From contig JAQGDQ010001310.1 in NCBI GenBank assembly GCA_030141605.1, forward strand, positions 1-48,111: a DNA stretch of 48,111 bases. The letters are read 5' to 3'. The translations under genes were made by a program, and so were the position numbers. Source of the DNA: Tubiluchus corallicola. Taxonomy: Eukaryota > Animalia > Priapulida. Below the pieces are notes generated by a model, which worked only from the letters and a program-made list of their open reading frames with translations, was not told the origin of the DNA and did not search any database. The stretch's first letter is position 1; the number at the start of each line of letters is the position of its first letter. This document shows, piece after piece, positions 36,855-48,111 of the stretch.

Positions 36855-38397
36855 GATGAAAAAAGAATCTCGTGATCGTCGTGACTGTTAATCTGAAATA
36901 AGCAAAAAAAATGAAGTGTTATTTACGGCTCGGTCAGCTAAAACCATTTTATTACTGCACAGGATCTAGAGTTCGAATCACACGAGTTTCATGACGATCC
37001 GATCATTTGTGGACGAACAGACACACGGACAGTAGGGTCATTTAAAATTTAAAAATTCAACAAGAAAATAGTCAAACTTACCAATTTAATAATGCAGCTA
37101 AATATCGTATCTGAAAAACATAACAACTTTTAATTGCATGCAATAAACGTTAACTTTCTTATAATTTTATGGCAACTCTAATGTTAATATACAGGGTCAA
37201 AATAAGTAATAACGAATATTAAGGCTTGATGATGAAAGCTTGATAAACAAATAAACACTAGTAGTTAGCAATCTTACAATGGAATGCTTAATCTGAAAAA
37301 AATGTACACCAATATAATATCATAGTAGCATGGTGGTGGCAGTAGCAGTAAATGTAGTACAAAATTTACATTTAAACGTGTGTACTTAATTACTATCTTG
37401 GTAATTTAAAATTTCAAAGAAAGACAAAGTTTGGACCTGAAAAAAATGACATTTTTTATTACGTGCATTAAAAGTTAACTTTCTCATAATATTATAGCAG
37501 CTCCGATGTGAATCTACAGTCCTCATAATATTACAGCAGCTCTAATGTGAATCTACAGTCCTGCATTTAGCAAGCTGTCTGCCAGTATTCAAAGTCAGTG
37601 GATACTTTAATGAACAACCTTGTGGCTGGTCAGAATGCGTACCCATGATTCCTCAAAAGGCACACATTTATAGGCAAGTGTACAACGAGTCATTATTCAT
37701 TAATCATTCAGTAGTCACTATTCATTTATTAACCGGGCTTTATGTTGCTTAACTTCGTCTGCGGAAATTTTCGTTTTTTTGGCAGACGTGTCACTGATAA
37801 CGAAAAATACAAACACATCAAGTACTACTTAATTTTATTACAAAAATCAGCACTTATCTTAAACAGCCATTTGAGAGTTCAATTATAAACGCGTAATTTA
37901 AATTTGAACAGCAACATTTTTAACTGTGCTGTTTTTTCTACAGCATGAAGATTGGCTTCTTTATGACACTGAAAATTTATTTACCAGACTCAGTATGAAG
38001 CCAGCTGATAAAGCCATTTTTGCTTCACAGGGTGGATGTAAAAATTTTAATAAAAAATCGTCAATCCGTAGATTTATAACTAATTGTTAAGACAGTCAAA
38101 CAATAGAAATAGAATCATTTTTATTTCGCACACGTGGACAAACACGCTTCCATGTTATTTGATCAGAGCATTTCAGCTTGTTAGAATATTTCTACTACGC
38201 CGTTTCTTTTGCGACACCCTGTACAAACGTTTCTGGGTCACTGGCTGTCGAATTTTTACTCATTTTTATTCCTAAGCGTTTTCATGTAAAGAAGTTGAAG
38301 TGTGGTGAGAAAGGTCAAAGCAAACAGAGTCAAATATACAGAAATACCGAACTAATTATAAAGGACAAAAACTGGCCGAAATGCTACAACAACAGCA

Positions 38398-38680
38398 ATA
38401 AAATTTGCGATTCAGATGCGCCAAGCAAAATCATAAACTCTTGAACTCTAAACGTCTACTGCTCATGCGCAGGAAAAACAGTTGTTTACATGTCAAAAAT
38501 TTGCGATTCAGATGCGCCAAGCAAAATCAAACTCTTGAACTCTAAACGTCTACTGCTCATGCGCAGGAAAAACAGTTGTTTACATGTCAAAAATTTGCGA
38601 TTCAGATGCGTCAAGCAAAATCAAACTCTTGAACTCTAAACGTCTACTGCTCATGCGCAGGAAAAACAATTGTTTACATT
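38398..38680. repeat. ~94 bp tandem repeat x3
   Basis: aaaatttgcgattcagatgcgccaagcaaaatcaaactcttgaactctaaacgtctactgctcatgcgcaggaaaaacagttgtttacat. Confidence 0.93.
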
Positions 38681-39052
38681 TGAACATTTTTAAAGAAAAT
38701 TAAAACAGCAAAAAGTACTAAATTGTTAGCAAATTTTCTTATCTTAAACGTGTATAACAAGGAAATAAATTAATGCCTGTCTTAGCACTGCAGTTATTTC
38801 TATTGCAAACTGAATTAACGCAGATTTGTCTAGCTAGTGTTAGTTTAAATTTGCCACAATTGGATCAAAAGTAAAAAAAGGTAATCTTTATTATTGAATA
38901 AACACACTGATGTTCAGCATAAGGGAAATAACAGTATAACATGCGAAGAAAAATTATAAAATTCGTAATAGTTTAAGTGGGTTAAAAATGGAACAAATTG
39001 TAGGCCTATTCATTTATTTTTTTTCGAAAATCATCCTTAAACTTTACATGCA

Positions 39053-39300
39053 GTAGAGATGGGCGGATAGCTGATTTGCAGTCATGCGGATGCGGTGCCC
39101 GCATTGATATGCGAAAATGCGGATTAAGGATAGCGTATTATTTACAGATATGCGGATTTTTAAAGTCAAAAATTTGGGATTTTACGCGAAATTTCAGCGC
39201 GCAAAAACCTCGCATGGGAAATTTCCGACGCAAAACATTCCTTACAATTACAAATATTATAGTTTTTTGCTCGAACATTTTATGGTTTGTGGTGGGTGTG
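39053..39300 (+). mobile_element. hAT-like non-autonomous element end
   Basis: Begins TAGAGATGGGCGGAT followed by gcggat subterminal motifs. The other end was not found. Confidence 0.4.
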
Positions 39301-39319
39301 TTGGGGTGGTATAGTAACG

Positions 39320-40988
39320 TGCTGTGAGTAGTCACTGTAGACACGTGTTTAAACTTAGACACTACTTAGATGTTCCAACACTCAAATTAGTATACTATGG
39401 TCTAGTATTCCCTTATTTAGAATATGGAATACTTACATGGGGATCTGCCAAAAAAAACTACAATGCAAAATCTTACAGTTTATCAAAATAAAATCGTTAA
39501 AGCTAATTGCTTTGCTGGTCTCAGAGAACATTCAATTCCCTACTATAGGTTTTACACGTCAAATGTAGACACAGGAAAGTTCAAATGTGACTTAGGTAAG
39601 TCAAATGTAGACATAGGAATTTCGATTGTGTTTTGGTAACTCAAATGTGACTTAGGTAAGTCAAATGTAGATGCATTACTTTGAATAAATCGGTAATTAA
39701 TTTATTCAAGTGCAAATTACAAAAAGATAATACCAAATTAAAATAATATTTTAGTATAATCATATAATAACCTATATGATCATTTGACAATTTTAAAAAT
39801 AACAGATATATGTAAGCTAGAATTGGCCAAATTTGTTTTTAAATTTAAAAATAATATGCTGCCCCAACTGTTTAACGGATACATGAGCGAACCTTCTGCT
39901 TTACACAAATATCAAACTCGTTTTGCCTCAAATAACAGAACGAGTGCAGTAAGATATAATAGAAACAAAGACCTGTACTCTCTGAAATATCAAGGCCCCC
40001 ATATCTGGAACTCCATTCCCCAAGAAATTAAAAACAAATCAATTTATTTTCTTATCAGTAAATATAAAGAAAAATTAATATCTCAGCATTCATCTTTGTA
40101 GATCTATGATATGCTAAAAGTAGTGTAAATTTCTGCTAAACTAACTATGATTTAAATAACTACAATTTTCCTTACTTCCATTTAGGTTGAAATCCTTGTA
40201 GTTGAGCTAAATCTGTTATTTCTAATAAGTTTTTCTATTATGTGTAAATTAAATTCACTACTAATCTCAACTGATGCTACGGCCACTACTAAATACTATA
40301 TAAATTAAATACTAATAAGCAATTCACTGTGAATTCGGTTATTACAATGCTACATTTATATATATATATATATACAGATAATTTGCGTCACGCTATACAA
40401 ATTCTTCAGTAAGCATTGCAGCTTAACTGTATGTTATGGAGGTAAGGTACACCTTTTGTATATCTTTAGACTTTAATATTATGCGATAATGAACGCTAAT
40501 CCTAAAGAATTTTAAGATACTTTTCTTTCAACTCTTTTTTCTCATAACTAAACAAACATGTTTATCCACTTTTGCTAGCTACAAGCAGAAAATTATTTTT
40601 TTTTCTTCTTTTGGCTCTAGGTCCTCATAATATTAATTTTAAATATGTAATAGTCTCTTCTTTCCCATTATTGAGCATTATTTTATTATAAACTAACACA
40701 TTCGTGTAACGTTCAATTTTCTTTCGTCTTAAATGCAAAATCTGATAATTTTTAATTACCTGGTACATGCACATTAACTAATTAATTATATTAGTAACAA
40801 TTCTGAGAGGGTGGCTGACCTCGATAACTTATAGTTCTTTCGCCACCCTTTCACCACTAATCAATAATTACTTTTGCACTTTGTAATATTATAGTATGTT
40901 GTACAGATTTATAAATCTCTTAGTTGTGTATCTCGCTATTTTAAAAATGGTGATAAACTAATAAACTTACTTACTTACTTACTTACTT
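39320..40988 (+). mobile_element. 5'-truncated CR1/L2-group LINE (RT C-terminus, 3' UTR, (ACTT)n tail)
   Basis: KLRHYLDVPTLKLVYYGLVFPYLEYGILTWGSA / YQNKIVKANCFAGLREHSIPYY-DHLTILKITDICKLELAKFVFKFKNNMLP...HKYQTR...YQGPHIWNSIPQEIK. There is a 3' hairpin gggtggc...gccaccc (~40810-40848) and aataaa(ctta)n at ~40960-40988. Confidence 0.88.
39546..39774. mobile_element. 229-bp MITE with TA TSD inserted into the LINE RT
   Basis: TA|TAGGTT...AACCTA|TA. Removing it restores the frame IPYY-DHLTILK. Contains internal tcaaatgt repeats. Confidence 0.7.
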
Positions 40989-41356
40989 AGGAAACTTTTG
41001 CTCTTCAACTGGGTTAATTTCTATCAAACAAAATCGTTTGAAATAAATTCCGATGGTTTGGGAATGTTACACGTGGGACGAAATGTAAAAAAAAATTATG
41101 TTTAAAGTCGCCGGGTTTCGTTTAATAAATACCCAATAGGGCGCTACAAATTTGTGCCACGTAGTCGCCAGGGGCGGAACTAGGGGGAGCGAGGGGGCGC
41201 TCCAAAAAAGTACTTTGCGCCCCACCTGCAAAATCGGACAAATAATTTTTTTGCAGTGAAAATTGCAGTTCGCATGTAATCATTTTCAATATGAATTAGA
41301 ATTAGGTAAAAAAATGTTTGGTAGCTTCAGTGTGCGTGCAGACAAAACTCAGTGTG

Positions 41357-41515
41357 CATAGAGGTGCCTATCACAGTGTAGGCCTACGGGGACCACATAG
41401 AGGTGCCTATCAGAGTGTAGGCCTACGGGGACCACATAGAGGTGCCTATCACAGTGTAGGCCTACGGGGACCACATAGAGGTGCCTATCACAGTGTAGGC
41501 CTACAGGGACCACAC
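41357..41515. repeat. 39 bp tandem repeat x4
   Basis: catagaggtgcctatcacagtgtaggcctacggggacca. Confidence 0.94.
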
Positions 41516-42402
41516 ACAGTCACAGGCTCTACACACAGACCAACAGGTCTGTGTGCACAGCTATAAGATGCTGGTGTAGCAGCGGTACCGTGCCGAAATT
41601 TGAGACTTTTTGAAAACTTTAGACTTTTTTGTCCAAGAAAGTATCGTTCCACATTTCATTTTGAAATTTCCTGCGTATTATTTTCTTAAAACTTGTGTGT
41701 GATAAATTTGTGTAAATAACAATTTAGTTAGAGGCACATTAATAACGTTAGGTTAACTGAGAGTTAATTTTCTCATTATTGCTCTGTCCGCTATGCCGTC
41801 CTACACACATGCTAATTATAGGCCTGCATGCAGTATAAAAGGGGTTAAAATGGGCTTAACCATTATTTAACCACTTCGGATACCTCGTCCTCCCAGAAAA
41901 TTTTTGCGCCTCTGGACTAGTCGCTTGTGTCCGCCATGTTGGAAGTTTTAAAACTCACAAATTTGTATGAATACAATATCAACCAGCAAAAATACTTACA
42001 CACGCGTCATCTAAACAACATTATTCAAGCAAAAAGCACAAACAACAATAACTATTCACAGTTAAATTATTCACTATTCAGTAAAATAATAAAATTAACG
42101 CCTCACACTACACAGAAAGGAATGTCCGATGATACTTACAGTCGCTCAAACAAAAAAGGAGACTGTACCTCGCTTGTCACGGGCTTTTATAGCTGCGTGG
42201 CTTCGGACTGATCCATTCTAAGAAACAAAACTTGCGTCGTTACCTGTAATAGTTCCTCTTCCCTGTAACAGACTTGCGGGTCTGCTTGTACAATCAGCGT
42301 TGTTTGTAGTAGGTTTAGCTGAACACGTTTAGTTCAATGCAAAACCATTAACAACTGTATGTGAGTCGAAAATGAGTTCACTTGTTAACCATAGGAAGTG
42401 AA

Positions 42403-42962
<560 letters not shown>

Positions 42963-43075
42963 TTATGCAACAACTTTACAACTGATAATGTAATAAATTC
43001 ATGATTGTTATAAAATAAACTTAGTATTGTTAAATTTTGAAACCAAACTCGGCTGAAAGAAAATTGTAGGAGTAC

Positions 43076-43132
43076 AGCCCGCATTTGAACCAGGAACTCT
43101 TTGTTTACAAGTCGACGCTGTGACCACTACAT
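43076..43132 (-). mobile_element. Degenerate tRNA-derived SINE head
   Basis: Minus strand gtagtggtcacagcgtcgacttgtaaacaaagagttcctggttcaaatgcgggct has A-box-like and B-box-like motifs. Confidence 0.45.
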
Positions 43133-43488
43133 TATTGCTGTCGCGAACGGTGATCATGAGAGATGTATATTTTATCTGTGTAATTCATGAGATGTATAAT
43201 GGACGTTTCCCGACAAGTCACAAAGAAATGGCATCTATCTTCATGTGTCAAGACAATTTATTAACGTGGACATTTATTTATGTATGTGTGATAGGCAGTA
43301 CTAGTAATGTAAGCAATGATAGTTCAAAAAACAAAAGAGAAAATCATTAATCCTTTACATAGGAAGAAACAGCTTAAACTTAGGAGAAACACAGATAATA
43401 ATGCCAGAAAAACTAACAACAGTAAGAGCAAAAATTAATAGTTTGTAAGAACTGGGTTAGAGTTACATAAATTGACAAGAGATGGCGC

Positions 43489-43773
<285 letters not shown>

Positions 43774-44059
43774 TATGAGTTTGTATTTTTAGTGGATAGA
43801 TGGCGCTAGCGGGTTGAGAGCGGTAAACAATAATCAACAGATAGTCGAATACGCATGTGAACAATAAAAAATACAAGTAATAACTACTGCATTTACAAAA
43901 TCCACTGCTTTATCATTTGTATTTTATATTTGTATTTATTGTATTTTACGTTTTAAATAAAAACGAAGCTAAAACACATCATGTATGCTGTATAGTGTCT
44001 ATCAATATACTGGTATGTACTTTTGAATCAATAGTGAGATGACACGTTTTATAAACAAT

Positions 44060-44224
44060 TGAGCTTCCTTGAGGAAGTGGCTTCTAGAAGGCAGAAAAGT
44101 GGTCCAAAATGCAGCAAAATGTTGTCCAGGTGGACATCGCTGGGGAGCTTACATTGTTCCCCCCAGACCCCTAATTGCTTTTCTGTTGGGCATACCGTTG
44201 TTCTGAACCCTGTATCCGCCCCTG
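44060..44224 (-). mobile_element. hAT-like MITE fragment
   Basis: Minus strand begins CAGGGGCGGATACAGGG and contains ggggtctggggggaacaatgtaagctccccagcg, typical of invertebrate non-autonomous hAT elements. Confidence 0.5.
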
Positions 44225-44654
44225 TTGTTGTTGGCATCCTTCTGTCTCGGAAGACAATGGAGTGTGCGCCAAGAGAGTCAGTTATTGATCACATTGATGG
44301 AGCTGCAGCGTCGACTGTGGCTGAGCAGTGCGATCCTTGAACTGTGTCCAGGGCGCACGCCTGGGCAAGGTGTATGGAGATCCTGTGTTGCCCAGACAAC
44401 AGGAACCCCCTCTCTTCCTCCCTGGTGTAGTCCAAAGGAAAGTGGAGCGATACGTTTGGCACCAGGTTGGCTGCAGGAGCTGCCGGAGTCAGTGAGCATG
44501 CTGCACTGGTCCGCCTTCGGGGCTCCACTCCTGATTTGGAAGGTTTACTCCTCTACACATGGCCGTTGGGTCACTTGACCTCCTCCGCCTTCTAGCCGTT
44601 GTCTGCTTGTGCAACTCCTCCGCCTAGTGCCGAGATACAGTGTGGGCATCCCGC

Positions 44655-44711
44655 AAGCCTACAGCACCTGGTATGCCTAGGCGCTCACCCATCCAAGTAC
44701 TAACCAGGCCC
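44655..44711 (-). pseudogene. 5S rRNA 3'-half fragment
   Basis: Minus strand gggcctggttagtacttggatgggtgagcgcctaggcataccaggtgctgtaggctt matches the 3' half of animal 5S rRNA. The 5' half is absent. Confidence 0.88.
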
Positions 44712-44830
44712 TGTATATGTATGTAAATGTATGTATGTACTAATGTACACTATTCATGTGAGATAAATAAACTGACAGAATGCTGATGTACTGTGAGTCC
44801 TCGCTTAACGACCCCAATGTGTTCTAGCAA

Positions 44831-45063
44831 AACATGGGGTACCTATTTACGTAAAGGACCACCTAGATTTTGATATTAGAAATGATTTAAATTGCAACGA
44901 GCCAATATGTTAGATAATGTTTGTCGAAATTAAAAGTCCGACTATGAGTCGTAAAAATGTGCTAGTGGGCATTATATACAGGCCTCCTTGTAATGAAAAT
45001 TTTAATGAAAAGCTAAACTGTATTCTAGAAGAAACGCAAAGAAATTCCAAAGCAAATTCATGA
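44831..45063 (+). pseudogene. CR1/L2 LINE AP-endonuclease fragment
   Basis: HGVPIYVKDHLDFDIRNDLNCNEPIC*IMFVEIKSPTMSRKNVLVGIIYRPP. The duplicate lies at ~46989-47221. Confidence 0.8.
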
Positions 45064-46469
45064 AAAGCTAAAACGAATAGAAGAAAAAAAGTTAGCAATT
45101 GTTTCTTATATTTGAATAATTAGCTTAGAAAGTTAATTAACAGCAACCGAACACAGCTATTGCTTACGTCAGAAACTAATCACAGTTTGTGCAATGGCAG
45201 ACATCTTTCCTTGCACGTCAAGCACATTTGCATAAGTGTTACAGTACTGTTCAAAAGCATGATGTCACGAATAAAGGGGTCTACGTTATGTAACGTCAGA
45301 AACTAACACAACAGTTCATGATCATGTTTATCACGGTACCGCCTTCTATTTGTCGGCCACGCGCATGTGACAAAAAGGCGCCGCTGCCAATCTTAGTAGA
45401 TTCACTGAGCCGCGCGTAGCTTTGAAAGTTTAACAAAATTTGAGCATCCGAGGTAATTATTATTTAATCTAAGCTTTGATTTAAAATAAGCTATTGTAGT
45501 TTTCAATATTTTAGAGCATTCTTTATTCGAACTCGTGTTGACACAATCGTACGGTTTCCCTTTAATTGTAATAGTTTTAGTAAGTCATTTCCATCTTGTG
45601 TAGATGAAAAATGTTTGCATTGTTCTGTTCTTTTCTGTTGAAGTACCAATGTAGCAATGGCCATTGATTATGAACAGTATTGTATGAGCAGGATTTAGAG
45701 CAAAAATTTTAGCTATTTAAAAATTTACTAAAATTTACAAACAATTTTACTTATATGATAGCAATTTAAATTATTGTACCAGTTCTTCCATGCTAGGAAA
45801 CGATTAATCTTGATCATGGGTTATCGTTCTGGAAGATTTAGTTTTGCGGGGTAGAGATTGATAAATTCTAAACTTTTGTGATAGCATTTAGTGTAGTTTT
45901 GAAGTAGTTTTACGATAGTTTATAGCGATAAACCATCACTTTCGTAGTAAACTATTGAAAACCATCGTAGTGATAGCTTACATTGGTTTTCTTTCTAGTG
46001 AACGTTTATAGAACTTACAGTTTGAATTCTTTTATAATGTTGTTTACGTGATTTCCAAGAGAATTTGTAAATTAGAGTTGTTGTAAGGTGCTGCCACTTA
46101 GCGGCGAAATTCGTTACTATCTTTTGCCGTTTTACCATCTAGATCTAAGTTATTTTGTAAAACGTACGCAAGATGTCAGTAGCGTCTCTGTACTAGTCAT
46201 ACTGCACAATACTCATTAAAACTGCGTGATTGTTTGACGATTTTTATACTTTTACCACAAATTATGCTGTTGCTGTTTACTAATGAAACACAGCGGTTCA
46301 TCAAAAGTAATTTACGAATTACGGTGGGGGTAATTTTTTACCCCCCGGTTACCAAAATCGGTCGTAAAAAATCGTGACCCTACAAGGGTTAAGCAAAACG
46401 TACCTTTTCATTATCAAACCAACTATAGATAAACAAATAAGCACCTAGCATTTAAAAAATACGAACGTC

Positions 46470-47453
46470 TCCAGGGTGCACGCCTGGGCAAGGCGTATGG
46501 AGATCCTGAGTTGCCCAGACAACAGGAACCCCCTCTCTTTCTCCTTGGTGTAGTCCAAAGGAAAGTGGAGCGATACGTTTGGCACCAGGTTGGCTGCAGG
46601 AGCTGCCGGAGTCAGTGAGTATGCTGCACTGGTCCGCCTTCGGGGCTCCACTCCTGATTTGGAAGATTTACTCCTCTACACATGGCCGTTGGGTCACTTG
46701 ACCTCCTCCGCCCTCTAGCCGTTGGCTGCTTGTGCAGCTCCTCCGCCCTCTAGCCGTTGGCTGCTTGTGCAGCTCCTCCGCCTAGTGTCGAGATACAGTG
46801 CGGGCATTCCGCAAGCCTACAGCACCTGGTATTCCTAGGCGGTTACCCATCCAAGTACTAACCAGGCCCTGTATATGTATGTAAATGTATGTATGTACTA
46901 ATGTACACTATTCATGTGAGATAAATAAACTGACAGAATGCTGATGTACTGTGAGTCCTCGCTTAACGACCCCAAAGTGTTCTAGCAAAACATGGGGTAC
47001 CTATTTACGTAAAGGACCACCTAGATTTTGATATTAGAAATGATTTAAATTGCAACGAGCCAATATGTTAGATAATGTTTGTCGAAAATAAAAGTCCGAC
47101 TATGAGTCGTAAAAATGTGCTAGTGGGCATTATATACAGGCCTCCTTGTAATGAAAATTTTAATGAAAAGCTAAACTGTATTCTAGAAGAAACGCAAAGA
47201 AATTCCAAAGCAAATTCATGAAAAGCTAAAACGAATAGAAGAAAAAAAGTTAGCAATTGTTTCTTATATTTGAATAATTAGCTTAGAAAGTTAATTAACA
47301 GCAATCGAACACAATTATTGCTTACGTCAGAAACTAATCGCAGTTTGTGCAATGGCAGGCGTCTTCCCTTGCACGTCAAGCACATTTGCATAAGTGTTAC
47401 AGTACTGTTCAAAAGCATGATGTCACGAATAAAGGGGTCTACGTTATGTAACG
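46470..47453. repeat. Direct duplication copy 2
   Basis: As copy 1, plus an extra ~35-bp internal tandem duplication at ~46705-46780. Confidence 0.95.
46813..46869 (-). pseudogene. 5S rRNA 3'-half fragment (second copy)
   Basis: Minus strand gggcctggttagtacttggatgggtaaccgcctaggaataccaggtgctgtaggctt. Confidence 0.9.
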
Positions 47454-47697
47454 ACCCCAATGTGTTCTAGCAAGACATGACGTTAAGCGAAACCAAAACT
47501 TCCATAGGATGATTCCATGGGATTAATGCGAACGAACTGAGATACGTTTCCAGAACCAATCAATGCATCAAAGCTGTTTAAATCAAACATCTGATGAATT
47601 TTAATTATATTTGTACAGACAATTTCTTTAATTTGCTTGACACCACCTGTCTTATTTATTACCAGTATCTACCTAAATAAAAATTATTCTTATCAAT

Positions 47698-47743
47698 TTC
47701 GTCATCATCATCATCATCAAGACCGTCATCATAATCACCATCG

Positions 47744-47783
<40 letters not shown>

Positions 47784-48111
47784 TACTATCGTCATCACCA
47801 TCATCATCAGCATCATCATAACCATCGTCGTCATCGTCATCATCATCACCATCATTACCATCATCATAACCATCGTCGTCGTCGTCATCATCATCACCAT
47901 CGTCATCATCATCATCATCGTCGTCATCGTCATGATCATTGTTATCATCATCGCCATCATCATCATCAGGTGAAAATAGATATGAGATCTGATATTTTTT
48001 AAAATATCATTTTCGTCCCCATTAATGAAATAGAAGTTTTTACTCATGCCTGCCATCATCATCATCATCAATAGCATTATCATAATCACCATCGTCGTCG
48101 TCAACATCATC
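47698..48111. repeat. (CAT)n-rich microsatellite
   Basis: Directly visible. It explains the poly-His and poly-Met ORFs. Confidence 0.95.

Larger units (their letters stand above)
33375..37231 (-). repeat. Right arm of large inverted duplication
   Basis: Reverse complement of 15855-19477, plus a 221-bp solo-LTR insertion and other indels. Confidence 0.95.
44347..45295. repeat. ~950 bp direct duplication, copy 1 (copy 2 at 46470-47453)
   Basis: Near-identical from tccagggygcacgcctgggcaagg to gtctacgttatgtaacg. Confidence 0.95.

Noticed and set aside
41168-41918. Complete hAT element CAGGGGCG...CGCCTCTG around the 39-bp array
   Set aside because: The TIR is imperfect and the flanking tagtcgc repeat is offset, so no clean 8-bp TSD is present.
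44655-44711. Functional 5S rRNA gene
   Set aside because: Only ~57 nt of the 3' half is present, with no A box and no terminator.

Overview
AT-rich, repeat-dense eukaryotic (probably invertebrate animal) genomic DNA. There are no prokaryotic operons or CRISPR arrays, and nearly every ORF in the supplied track is a repeat artefact. The main result is a 5-exon spliced gene on the minus strand (36854->30972, 837 nt, 278 aa) that the ORF track almost entirely misses. It encodes two MYT1/L3MBTL-like C2HC zinc fingers with variant spacing C-x5-C-x4-N-x7-H-x5-C, a PY-NLS-like motif and an acidic tail. Exons 1-4 lie in the right arm of a ~3.7 kb inverted duplication (15855-19477 vs 33375-37231). The left arm carries a disabled paralog whose fingers diverged while its introns stayed almost identical. 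The rest of the window holds a 1.5 kb foldback palindrome, a BEL/Pao 3' end with LTR, two solo LTRs with TSDs, CR1/L2 and RTE remnants, 5S- and tRNA-derived fragments, a nested inner inverted repeat, and about 16 mostly unrelated tandem arrays. All alignments were done by eye.
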